From Octopus vulgaris (Eukaryota): a DNA stretch of 64,000 nt. The notes below the pieces were generated by a model. The model was not told the origin of the DNA. It saw only the letters and a program-made list of their open reading frames with translations, and made no database searches. Position 1 is the stretch's first letter. Every line of letters starts with the position of its first letter. The stretch lies in contig OX597835.1 in NCBI GenBank assembly GCA_951406725.2, forward strand, positions 28,334,001-28,398,000, read 5' to 3'. Below, piece by piece: positions 12,488 through 23,670 of the stretch. The translations under genes and the position numbers were made by a program.

Positions 12488-13036
12488 CAGGTCACTTTCG
12501 AGTGCTACTGGTAACATGTAACCCAGTACAACCTGTTGCATGGTGGGTCGTCGGCGACTAAACTGGCAACCCCACCAAGCTTGCTTGGTGAGGAGGGTGT
12601 TTATTGGACACCCTGCGGGATGAAAAACAAAACCCGTCAAAGGGCGGAGGAACTCTTGAGAGTCAACGGCCATCCAATAAATGTCTTAAGGCTTTATTAT
12701 GCGCGGGGACATAGACATAATCGGACTGAATACCCGATCGCGCGATTAAACCATTGGGAGTGAAGGACTCCTAGCCTTTGTTAGGGCATCCTTCTAGGAG
12801 AAGGTAACTCAGGTAACTGGGATAACTCCGACATAAAACCTGCGGCTCAGTGGTTACCGATGATGTTGACTTGTTCTTCTTTTCGGATTATGGCTGCTGC
12901 TGCTTAGTGAGTGGGATTGACTCTGTGCACAGCCTTTCCTCACTTTACAAAAAATCTTCTTGCACAGGCATTGCACGATTACAATATTGATTAAGCTTCG
13001 TGCAATGGCCATACTCGATAACGAGGGCGCAGCACC
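12488..13036 (+). mobile_element. RTE-like 5'UTR / non-autonomous repeat; related copies at 41740-42120 (-) and 27700-27880 (+)
   Basis: Blocks such as AGCTTGCTTGGTGAGGAGGGTG and TCAAAGGGCGGA.GAACTC are shared with the other copies; the TGGCAACCCCAC and AGGAGAAGGTAACTC motifs resemble RTE 5' ends. Confidence 0.55.
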
Positions 13037-13149
13037 ATGTATGTATGTATGTATGTATGTATGTATGTATGTATGTATGTATGTATGTATGTGGAGATTT
13101 GCATGTTTTATATATGTATTCTCATGCATATAGTTACATATCTAGAATG

Positions 13150-13200
<51 letters not shown>

Positions 13201-13492
13201 TGATAAACTTCTGGAAAGTTTTACAGATTTTTACAGTTCCAGTGATGGATTGGATTTGTAAAAATCTGTAAAACGTTCCAGAAGTTTATCATTTAAATAT
13301 ACATATAAGCATTCTAGATATGTAACTATATGCATGAGAATACAGATATAAAACAAAATCTGCACATACATACATACATACATACATACATACATACATA
13401 CATTACTTACATACATACATGCATGCATGCATACATACATACATACATACACAACTTCAAAATGTGCTCGTGGGCCTCCGTGGCATACGATG
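13037..13492. repeat. Large inverted repeat centred at ~13245; the outer right arm also pairs with 12428-12487
   Basis: AATGATAAACTTCTGGAA.GTTTTACAGATTTTTACA / TGTAAAAATCTGTAAAAC.TTCCAGAAGTTTATCATT, with flanking arms that are reverse complements. Confidence 0.9.
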
Positions 13493-14349
13493 CTATTTGT
13501 GGTGTGGTTTCTAGGCAGACATTTCCTCTGGAAAGGACCGGTGCGCTCCATCTGCATGTTAAGTCCCTCCCTGTGGATTGCATGACTATATAGCAGCAAC
13601 GCCCACTCTCGAAATCGACAGTGGAACTTTATACTTTGTTAACGAATCAATACATTTTTTTTCATATGTGGGCGTATGATTATGTACTTCAAGATCTAAG
13701 ACGTTTGTTTGTTTATAACACTGAATTTTCAGCCTTAATATTTATCACGCGTAAAAGAGACCGAGATCGGGGCTGATGGATAGGGGGAGAGTGAGAGGAA
13801 GAGAGAGAGAGAGAGCAAGGAGAGAGAGAGCAAGGAGAGAGAGGCAGGGACATAGACAGATGGCACACTTCAGTAATTTACTCGTTGACATGTGCAAGTC
13901 TCTAAGTATTCATTAAAGGAGAATTTCAGATTCAAAATGTCAACCAAGTTAATTGTTTTGTCTATAGGTAGAAATAGCCACTTGTAGCATTAGTTTGATT
14001 GGTTGATACAAGTCGACAAGAGGAGACGACGATAGAAGCACGAGTTTTTTTTTTATTATTTTTTTTTAGGTATTTTATTTCTGGCTTAGCCCAGCTTGCT
14101 GCATTAATTGTGGTCCGAAGTGACAGAAGATTTTCTGATAAAGTATTGCAGTGACAGTAAAGGAACAACGATATACATATATGTAAATATCAAAACAAAA
14201 CAAAACAAGACAAGACAAGAAAAAAAAAAACACACACACACAAGAAAAGACTAAAAACTCATTTATCATTTATTTATTTATTTCATTATTCTTATATATT
14301 TTTTATTTATCTTTGTTTTATTCGCTTGTTGTTGTCGGCTTCCATTTTG

Positions 14350-14809
14350 ATGAAGGATCAAGTTTCAAAGATGTCAGATTGGAAAGATGAGAAAGAAGAA
14401 ATCGGGTTAAAACCAAAATTATCGCTTTTGAATGGAATAACTGTTATCGTCGGTTGCATCATCGGGTCCGGTATATTTGTTAGTCCTAAAGGAGTCCTCG
14501 TCAATTCTGGAAGTGTGGGCCTATCATTAGTAATATGGATCTTAAGCGGAATTCTTTCTATGATAGGAGCATATTGCTATGCCGAACTGGGTACCTCTAT
14601 CATGCGCTCCGGCGCCGATTATGCTTACATTTACGAAGCGTTCGGAGCATTTCCTGCTTTTCTAAGACTTTGGGTGGAATGCATGATCGTACGGCCATGT
14701 TCTCAAGCAATCGTGGCGCTTACATTTTCCTTTTATATTATCGAACCTTTGTTTCCGGACTGCGAGCAACCATCTTTGCCAGTTACGTTGCTTGCCGCAG
14801 CTGCAATTT
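14350..14809 (+). CDS. First coding exon of an SLC7 L-type amino-acid transporter light chain (LAT1/LAT2/y+LAT-like); partial CDS
   Basis: Open frame with [16 protein letters not shown] (TM1 GSG), [22 protein letters not shown] and PLFPDC (Cys that bonds to the SLC3 heavy chain). ATG at 14350 (alternative 14371). Donor T|GTAAGT at 14809/14810, phase 1, consistent with the first coding-exon boundary of vertebrate SLC7A5/A7-type genes. Paralog cannot be assigned by eye. Confidence 0.95.
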
Positions 14810-14986
14810 GTAAGTAAATTATTTCACAATTTATTTATTTTATTTAATTTTAAAAAAATTTTGTCTTTTTTTCCAGTCAATAATGTTATTGTTAGTAACG
14901 TTAGTGGATTTATTTTTCTCTTCTTTCTTAAATATTCGTGCCTCTAGTTTTCCTAACTCCGCTTGCTTTTATGTAAATGTTGTGTT

Positions 14987-15435
14987 AAACTATTTAACCT
15001 TTTGTGGATGTATTTCTAGCAAGATTACATCCTGCCTTGTGTTTTAGTATTTCAAAATAATTGAGATACTTTCGTAACAAAAAGCAGCCCTGACTTTTGA
15101 CGATGTGTGTACTTCAAGTACGGACGTATAAGTCCTCATCACTCAACAAAATAAGGAAACTATCGGCAGGATTAACCTTTTGTGAATGTATTTCAAATAA
15201 GACTGCATCCTGCCTTGTGTTTTAGTATTTCAAAATAATTTTTATAGCTTCGCAGCAAAGGATAACCAGCTAATCACATTTGCCGTGACTTTTGATGATG
15301 TGTACTTCAAGTGTGGTCTCCACACAAGTGATCGTTACACTACAAGAGGAGAAAACTATCGGCGGGATTTGTTTAACCTTTGTAAATGTGTTTCTAATAA
15401 GATTGCAGCTTGTCTTGTGTTTTGTATGTCAAAAA
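14987..15435. repeat. Diverged ~170-195 bp tandem repeat (~2.5 units) at the start of intron 1
   Basis: AAACTAT...TTAACCTTT(T)GT..ATGT.TTTC..AAGA.T.CA.C.TG.CTTGTGTTTT at ~14987, 15158 and 15353. Confidence 0.8.
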
Positions 15436-15673
15436 AACAACAAAAAAAAAAACAATTGACAACTGAGTTTCATTTTATGTTCAAATTAATGAAAGAAATA
15501 GAAGCAACATGGCAACTCTTTACTTATGGATATCAAATATCTGTCATGTAATTATGAAATTTCAGCCCAGGATTTCAATTTAAAACCGAAGCAGATTCAA
15601 GAACATAAGGTCTACTTTTCTTCGACACTAGAAAACTTTGACTCGTTACTGGAACATTTATCTTAGTCCTTAA

Positions 15674-15895
15674 CTCATTAAGTCCCACTGTCCTAGTTTA
15701 GGACACTAAATGAAAACATTAAATTAATTATATTACATTGTCTCAGTGTCCTATTTATAGGACACCGAGTATTTCCATTTCTATTTGAAGTGAAGGAGCT
15801 TTAATAATTACTTTTTTCACCTTAACTTATTTTCAATCATCTGTAAAAATTTAAAAGTAATATTCAGAAATTTAAGTACTCTGGGATTTAGTGGG
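15674..15895. mobile_element. piggyBac-like MITE
   Basis: TTAA at both ends (15670-73, 15896-99); imperfect TIRs CTCATTAAGTCCCA / TGGGATTTAGTGGG. Confidence 0.65.
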
Positions 15896-16769
15896 TTAAT
15901 AACTGAAAGAGCTAAGATCAACTCTATATGGCCAGCTTGAATTACATTGAAAACCTCTAAACAAACATTGAAAAATGTATTGATATGCTGCGAAACTTGA
16001 ATATGAATTAATATCACAACCAGAAACTAAACTTTACTCCAAAAGGCAAGTTTATTTCAAACACGAAAGTGTAATTGCCTTCAAGTGTAAAATAAGAACA
16101 TCGACATAAAATAATGGCCTCCCTCATAACCAACGCCAAAAGAGGATTTTATTAACCCCAAAATGAAATTTTATTTCAGATATCAAAATGTGATTTGGTT
16201 CAACAAGAGAACAGAAATTTCCACTTAAAACAAGGTTGGTTTTACTCTACTGATAACCTTTAAATAGGCACTTACTGACATTAAAAGGATACTTTATCTC
16301 AAACACCAAAATATAAATTGCTTTAACAAAATATGAACATCACACACCCTGACGTCAAAAATGGAGCATTCTTCAAAAATAAAAGATTCTCTTCCGAGTC
16401 CTTCTATCTTGATCACTCCCGCTGTCACCATCATCATGAACTACGGTTGTACGAGCCAGCAGGAGAACTTCTTTGTGGTTGCTCAATCAACTAGAAATAT
16501 CAACCAAATCACGCTCAAATTACAACCTGCCGTCTTCAAAACGAAAGTTCACATTGAATAATGTAATCTTAGATAGACCAAGCCAGTCTTGAGAAAAAGA
16601 CTGGGTTGGCCTTGGCCAGAGCGACTTTGGTCATTAGTCTGATTAATGAAAGCTGTGGCTGATGACAGCAACAACAAAAACAAAAACAGCAACAACAACA
16701 ACACCAGTGAACAGAAAAAAAAACAAAGACGATCTTTGAGTTTAGCACATGGTTTCCACTTTGGCCAAT

Positions 16770-17133
16770 GAGCATATCAAATCCTTAATACAACGTTGTA
16801 AATCACATACATGTTAAATCGATTCGAAGCTACGCGTAGCCTTCGAATCAGCTTTCTCCTTTCTGATTTTCAGAAGCTAATTTCTCAGGATTGGCACTTA
16901 GGCAGTGTGTTACATATCCCAGTGCCTCAATAATTACAGGTATAAATCTGAGCTTGTAATCCGAGTAGAGTAACTGCAGATTTTTCAATAGTTGCAGATT
17001 TTTCAATAGTTCGTTCAGTGTAAGTGTTTTCATTTTCAGAAATCGTTAGCTTTACGCTAACATCCGCTGGGCAGCTGATTTGCACTACTGCACACAGTTT
17101 CTCTTCTCTGTTTCAAATCACTATGCCAGGTCT
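16770..17133 (-). mobile_element. R4/Dong-like non-LTR retroelement, restriction-like endonuclease C-terminal remnant
   Basis: Minus frames RPGIVI*NREEKLCAVVQISCP...YKLRFIPVIIEALGYV (degenerate PD..D and P-V-I-G-A-L-G motifs). Confidence 0.65.
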
Positions 17134-17159
17134 ATGTATGTATGTATGTATGGTTTTTT

Positions 17160-17317
17160 TGTGGAGGTGCAATGTTTGCAGTCATGTATGCTTGTTAAGA
17201 ACAGGGCTCATTTGCCACCACCGGAGCCGCAGATGCAAAATATAAGTTAGTCCTAGATCGCACAATATTTCTGAAGGTCAGCAATAGTCTTCCTGGGTCA
17301 CAAGTGGACGGCCATCG
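17160..17317 (+). mobile_element. RTE LINE extreme 3' end (C2H2 finger plus 3'UTR)
   Basis: Encodes CNVCSHVCLLRTGLICHHRSRRCKI*; closely similar to 47585-47740; followed by a (TATG)n tail. Confidence 0.75.
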
Positions 17318-18088
17318 TGTATGTATGTATGTATGTATGTATGTATGTATGTATGTATGTATGTATGTATGTATGTATGTATGTATGTATGTATGTATGC
17401 ATGTATGCATGTATGTATGTATGTATGTATGTATGTATGTATGTATGTATGTATGTACGTATGTATGTGTGTATGTATGTACGTATGTATGTATGTATGT
17501 ATGTATGTATGTATGTATGCATGTACGCATGTATGTATGTATGTATGTACGTATGTATGTATGTATGTATGTATGTATGTATGTGTGTATGTATGTATGT
17601 GTGTATGTATGTATGTATGTGTCTGTGTGTATGTATGTATGTATGTATGTATGTGTGTATGTATGTATGTATGTGTGTATGTTTGAATGAATATATGTAT
17701 GTATGTATGTGTGTATGTATGTATGTGGGTGTGTATGTATGTATGCATGTACGCATGTATGCACGCATGTATGCATGTATGTATGTACGTACGTATGTAT
17801 GTATGTATGTATTATGTATGTATGTATGTATTATGTATGTATGTATGTATGTACGTATGTGTGTGTGTGTATGTATGTATGTATGCATGTGTGTATGTAT
17901 GTATGTATGTGTGTATGTTTGAATGAATATATGTATGTATGTATGTATGTATGTGTGTATGTATGTATGTGTGTATGTATGTATGTATGTATGTGTGTGT
18001 GTATGTATGTATGTGTAGGTATGAATGAATATATGTATGTATGTATGTATGTATGTACGTGTGTACGTGTGTGTGTGTGTGTGTGTGC
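17318..18088. repeat. ~770 bp (TATG)n microsatellite with variants
   Basis: Read directly from the sequence. Confidence 0.95.
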
Positions 18089-18711
18089 ACATTACCTAGT
18101 TTTGCATTTCACACACACATACACATACACGCATGCGTGCGAGCGATGTTGCTATAAGTTGCTTTTACAGGTCGCATGTATTATTAAGATCGGCGTACTT
18201 TTAGATGCAAGGTACATGTGACTGAACAATTTCAACATGCTTCATTCAGACAGTTATCTCTTTGTATAAGTCAACAGGATCGACAAAACTGAAAGTGGGG
18301 GTGAACAAACAAAAATACAACAGACTTGACGATGGAGAGATTACATGCGCAAACTATTACACTGCACTTCCTACAATTTATTCATCACTGTATACCAGAA
18401 CGTGTCGTATCTGAGGGAATACATACAAAGAAACGGACTGTAGATAATTGACAGCATGTTCAGATAATTACGCTACGATTCATACAGTTAATTCCTCGGT
18501 CAATCGTCGTCGAATGTGTCGTATCTGTTATAACATTTTACCTCAAGTTCCAAGACACCCAAGGTCGATTAACAGGTTTCTATGGCGCATATAAACAACC
18601 GAAGGTCACTGCGTTCTTCCTGAAAGCGATGCCGGTCCGTTGCAGGTTTCAAGACCAGAAACCTCTGAGGACGAGGGAACAAGTCAATTATATCGCCCTC
18701 AATTATATCGC

Positions 18712-19160
18712 AAGGCGGTGAGCTGGCAGAAACGTTAGCACGCCGGGCGAAATGCGTGGCCGTATTTCGTCTGCCGCTACGTTCTGAGTTCAAATTCCGC
18801 CGAGGTCGACTTTGCCTTTCATCCTTTCAGGGTTGATAAATTAAGTACTAGTTACGCACTGGGGTCGATGTAATCAACTTAATCCGTTTGTCTGTCCTTG
18901 TTTGTCCCTTCTATGTTTAGCCCTTTGTGGGTAATAAAGAAATAAGAATCGTTAGCATGCTGAGCAAAATGTTTAGCGGTATTTTGTCTGTCCTCACGCT
19001 CTGAGTTCAAATTCCGCCGAGGTCGACTTTGCCTTTCATCCTTTCGGGGTCGATAAATTAAGTACCAGTTGCGCACTGGGGTCGATGTAATCGACTTAAT
19101 CCCTTTGTCTGTCCTTGTTTGTCCTCTCTGTGTTTAGCCCCTTGTGGGTAGTAAAGAAAT
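18712..19160 (+). mobile_element. Family-A tRNA SINE dimer (central domain resembles the Meta domain)
   Basis: GGCGGTGAGCTGGCAGAA head, GAGTTCAAATTCC B-box, GTCGACTTTGCCTTTCATCCTTTC.GGGT.GATAAA core, AAAGAAATA tail. The second unit starts at GAATCGTTAGC. Family A is the most abundant repeat in the window (tens of full or partial copies). Confidence 0.85.
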
Positions 19161-19667
19161 ATATATCGCCCTCAGTATTTGGTTGGTAACTTATGTAATT
19201 GACCCCCGAAGGGATGAAAGGTAAAGTCCAGCGATTCTGCCAGCTCAGCTCAGCTCACCTCGTCGTATCTGTGGATATTTCATTTATCTTTTACGTGTTT
19301 CAGTCATTAGCCTGCGGCCATGCTGGGGCACCACCTTGAAAAATTTTTCAGTCGAATGAATAGACTCCTATACTTATCTTATTTTCTAAGCCTGGAACTT
19401 ATTCTATCGGGCTCTTTTACCGAACCGCTAAGTTACGGGGACGTAAACACACAAAACATCAGTCGTTTAGAAACCGGTTGTGCATATATACAAAGATAAA
19501 ACAAAACATGTTTGTGTGTGTGTTTCCCAACCACATAGTTCCAGGTTCAGTCCCACTGCGTGGCTCCTTGGGCAAGTGTCTTCTACTATAGCCTCGGGCC
19601 GATCAAAGCCTTGTGAGTGGATTCGGTGGGCAGTAACTGAAAGAAGCCCGTCGTATATACATATATA

Positions 19668-19698
<31 letters not shown>

Positions 19699-20170
19699 AC
19701 GTGGGTATGTATGTGTGTATTTGTGTGTCTGTGTTTGTTCCCCACCATTGCTTGACAACCGATGCTGGTGTGTTTACGTCCCCGTAACTTAGGGGTTCGT
19801 CAAAAGAACTGATAAAATAAGTACTAAGCTTACAAAGAATACTTCAGCATGGACGCAAGTAAAAGAATAAAATAATATATCTACTCATACACACACACAC
19901 ACACACACACACATGCATACAACTGGCTTCTATTAATTTTTCAACTACCAAATCTACTCACAAGGGTTTGGTTGGTTCAAGGCTACAGTGGAAGACACTT
20001 GCCTAAGGTACCATGCTATAGAACTGAACTCGGAACCATATGGTTGGGAAGCAAGCTTCTTACCACATAGCCACTCTTGCACTTATATAGAAACCCAAAA
20101 ATGGCAATGGGGAGAGTATATACATACATACATACACACATACATGTTTGCATGCTTACTTGTTTGCATG

Positions 20171-20212
<42 letters not shown>

Positions 20213-20296
20213 TATATATATATACACACTTCAATATGAGCTTGGCGTCATTTTATTTTCAAGTCTCTTTGTATCAGCTGTACTTTTATAATTATG

Positions 20297-20310
20297 TCGT
20301 GTGTGTGTCG

Positions 20311-20381
<71 letters not shown>

Positions 20382-20792
20382 CGTTGTGTGTGTGCGTGTC
20401 GTTGTGTGTGTGTGTGTGTCGTTGTGTGTGTGTGTGTGTCGTTGTGTGTGTGTGTGTGTGTGCGTGTCGTTGTGTGTGTGTGTGTGTCGTTGTGTGTGTG
20501 TGTGTGTCATGTGTGTGTGTCGTTGTGTGTATGTCATTGTGTTTGTGTCGTTGTGTGTGTGTGGTTGTGTGTGTGTGTGTGTGTTTGTGTGTGCGTATAT
20601 GTGTGAGTGTCGTTGTGTATGTGTGTGTTGTTGTGTGTGTGTGTCGTTGTATGTGTGTGTCGTTGTGTGTGCGTGTGTGTGTCGTTGTATGTGTGTGTCG
20701 TTGTGTGTGCGTGTGTGTGTCGTTGTATGTGTGTGTCGTTGTGTGTGTGCGTGTGTGTGTGTGTGTGTCGTTGTGTGTGCGTGTGTGTGTGT
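20297..20792. repeat. (GT)n minisatellite punctuated by GTCGTT
   Basis: Read directly from the sequence. Confidence 0.95.
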
Positions 20793-21420
20793 ATGGCTCT
20801 CTGGTAAAGATGTTACCAACTACATGGATTGGGGCGCAGTGCCACTGGCGGCAAGTGTCTCCTAAGTGCCGACTAATACCTTCCGAGTGAAGATGGTAGA
20901 TAGAAGATGTTTAGAAGCCAGTTGCGCATCTATACAAAAATAAAACTAAATAATGGCAATACATTGTTAAATGGAAGGATGGAACTTTATTATTTAATAT
21001 GGAATTGATCCATCTTTCGCATCAATTATCTCTATGTAACAAAATTTAGATTTATCTATTTATTTATTTATTTTGTCTTTGGTCAGTAAGTGTTATTTCC
21101 TATTTGCTTCTATCTAGAAATCACAGGAAATGACCACTACTCTCTTCAGACTTTGCTGCCGTGATCTGGACATCAATGTTTTCAAACTGACCTATTTTCC
21201 ATCACATTTCAGACCGATTCAGTGTTGAGCTGCTGAAGCGGAAATATCATTATAGCAATACCCAGTTGTTGTTGTTGAAATTCTACTGAAGGAGCCTTGG
21301 ATCTAGGTTAGAAACCGGCCCTTCGCTATTGGCAAGAATTCTTGAAATAAAACTGAATAATGACATGTATACGTACGTATGTATGTATATATGAATGTAC
21401 AAATGTATGTGTATGTATGC

Positions 21421-21479
<59 letters not shown>

Positions 21480-21485
<6 letters not shown>

Positions 21486-21736
21486 TCTCCTGTCTTTGAA
21501 AGAACTTTTCTTCACCCATTTCCTTCCGGTAATTCAAAATGTGACCGCGTATGTACCGTTGGCGATTTTTTCCCTCTTTTTTTTCCTCTGTCTTCCCTTC
21601 TCTGGATCTTTCCTTCTCCTATGTTTCCGACGAAGAGCTCCACTCGAAACGTTAAAGCCTCCTTCTTTCCTGAGCGTCCAATATTACTATATTTGTTCCA
21701 CGTCCTCGCGTTGTTGTGTTTTTTTTTGTGCTTTCT
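21480..21736 (+). mobile_element. Penelope-like terminal remnant with hammerhead-like core
   Basis: CCGACGA-AGAGCTCCACTC-GAAACGTT at 21627-21653; same motif type as 4901-4928. Confidence 0.5.
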
Positions 21737-22770
21737 TGTTCGACCGTGGTCGAGACAATGGAATTTACTATGTTACGCCAGACTTCACGGTCTATCATAG
21801 CATTACTGAGGTCCTGTTGCTGGATGCCTGTATCCCTGGAGATTACATCAGGGTAGGAGAGTGTGCGCCCTCTGGTATTGCGAGTAGATGGCTTCCAGAG
21901 GAGAAGAGTTGAAATTGCCTTGTTTTCAGCTCTACAACAATGTCCAGCAAACTGGACTCTCCTACCTTTCACAAGAGATGACACAGGTGGTAGTTTCCCA
22001 TATATTTGCATTTTGGTTGGATGGCGCTTCCACGAGAGATTTTGAGCTCTCATAAGGAGGCGAGTGTAGGTTCCATCCAACCGCCTCTCAAGCTTCTTTG
22101 ATAACGTCCAGGTTTCTGAGCCATATAGTAGAATTGGTTCGACTGTGGCTTTGAATATTTCAAGTTTGAAGTCTCTACTTAGATTTGATGACCAGATCTT
22201 ATGCATGTCATTACAGGCTGACCAGGCCATACCCTTTCTAGTTAGAAAGTCTTTTCCAGATGATGATATGTATGACCCAAGATATTTATAATCAGAGACC
22301 ATATTTAAAGGTGCACTGTTGAGAGTATGGATGATGCAATCACTGTTGGACAGGCACTTGTTTATGTATTCAGTTTTGGTCTCATTGAGGTAAAGACCTA
22401 CACAATTTGAGGCTTGTTCAAGAGATTGTAAAAGAGACTGGGCATTGGAGAGAGAATCACTGATAAGAGCGATGTCGTCAGCAAAGTCAGTGTCTGTCAA
22501 GTACTCAGCTGGGTGTCTGGAACTTCTTCTTGGTTTTATTTCAAAGCCCATGCCAGAGATGGTATCAACTGACATACGTAGCACATAATCAACAACAATG
22601 ATGAAAAGAAATAGGGCGAGTGTGTCTCCCTGCAGTATTCCGGCTTTGATTGAGAAAGATGATGTTTCTCCGTCAGGGGTTAAGATGGTTGAAGACGTAT
22701 CTGTGTTGAGGACCTTGATGGCAGAAATGAATTTTGTCTGGTATCCCATAGAGCTTAAGGATTTCAAACA
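21737..22770 (-). mobile_element. 5'-truncated RTE-clade LINE (reverse transcriptase C-terminal half to ORF end)
   Basis: GILQGDTLA, DFADDIAL, YKYLGS, LLYGSETW and FAGHC motifs. The N-terminal part of the predicted ORF is microsatellite; frameshift near 22730. Confidence 0.92.
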
Positions 22771-22809
22771 TATACATATATACATATACATATATATATA
22801 TATATATAT

Positions 22810-22875
<66 letters not shown>

Positions 22876-23249
22876 AGCGGAGAGAGAGAGAGAGAGGAGA
22901 GAGAGATACACATACACACATATGCGAATACCACAGCTCCAATCCAGTGGGCTGCAATTGTCCAGTTGCCAAGTGAGAGACTGATAACTTGTAGGTTAAA
23001 TCGTTATAAGTGGCCATTATTTTCTCTCTGAGGATATTTGACATAATTTTTTTTTAAGCTGGTAAACTATGGCCAATAAAGCAACAAATTATGACAAATA
23101 ATTAAGCGCATCATAGATGTGAAATAAATCATATTTACAAATAATGATGATTACAAACACTGAAGCAACACAAATGTCTCGTTATTGTTAGTACCATTTC
23201 ACTTCTCGGAGCTCGTGATTTCACTTGCTCTGGCTCATTCTGTAGAATT

Positions 23250-23600
23250 CAGTAAAGGCAGACAACAACCTGCTGTCGGAGGGTCTCAATGGGCCTCTTT
23301 CCATGATTGGTACACCGAAGTACCAATCTCAAAATCCTTACTGTCCCCAATAGAGCAGTTTTCTGAGCGTATCCCACCTTCATATCAGTTCAAATTTCTC
23401 CAATGATTTTCTCAAATGAGATTGTTATTGCTGTTGTTGTTGTTGTTGTTCTTATTCTTCTTATTATTATTTATATACATACAACAAATTAGACTGCGGG
23501 AAAATAAAAATTCCTAACATCGGGCTACAACAAGTAATCTTAGATGCCAAGAACCCTCCTAAGTATCTTAGCTGTCCCTAATAACACTGTTTCTGGGAGC
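23250..23600 (-). mobile_element. Two R4/Dong-like LINE 3' ends
   Basis: Minus frames QKTALLGTVRILRLVL (~23320-23370) and TVLLGTAKILRRVLGI* (~23540-23590); (AAT)/(AAC) tail next to the second. Confidence 0.6.

Positions 23601-23670
<70 letters not shown>

Noticed and set aside
12488-12600. Possible HDV-like ribozyme at the RTE-like 5' end
   Set aside because: RTE elements can carry them, but I could not build the nested double pseudoknot by eye; a covariance-model search is needed.
14326-14817. ORF-track start (TTG 14326) and stop (14817) for the transporter
   Set aside because: In a eukaryotic gene the first in-frame ATG is 14350, and the frame leaves through the GTAAGT donor at 14810, so the stop is intronic.
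17195-20890. Long MYVC/HTYI/CVCV ORFs
   Set aside because: These are translations of stop-free microsatellites.
21652-22917. 421-aa ORF as an intact reverse transcriptase gene
   Set aside because: Its N-terminus is translated microsatellite, the endonuclease and early RT motifs are missing, and the C-terminus reads into another repeat.
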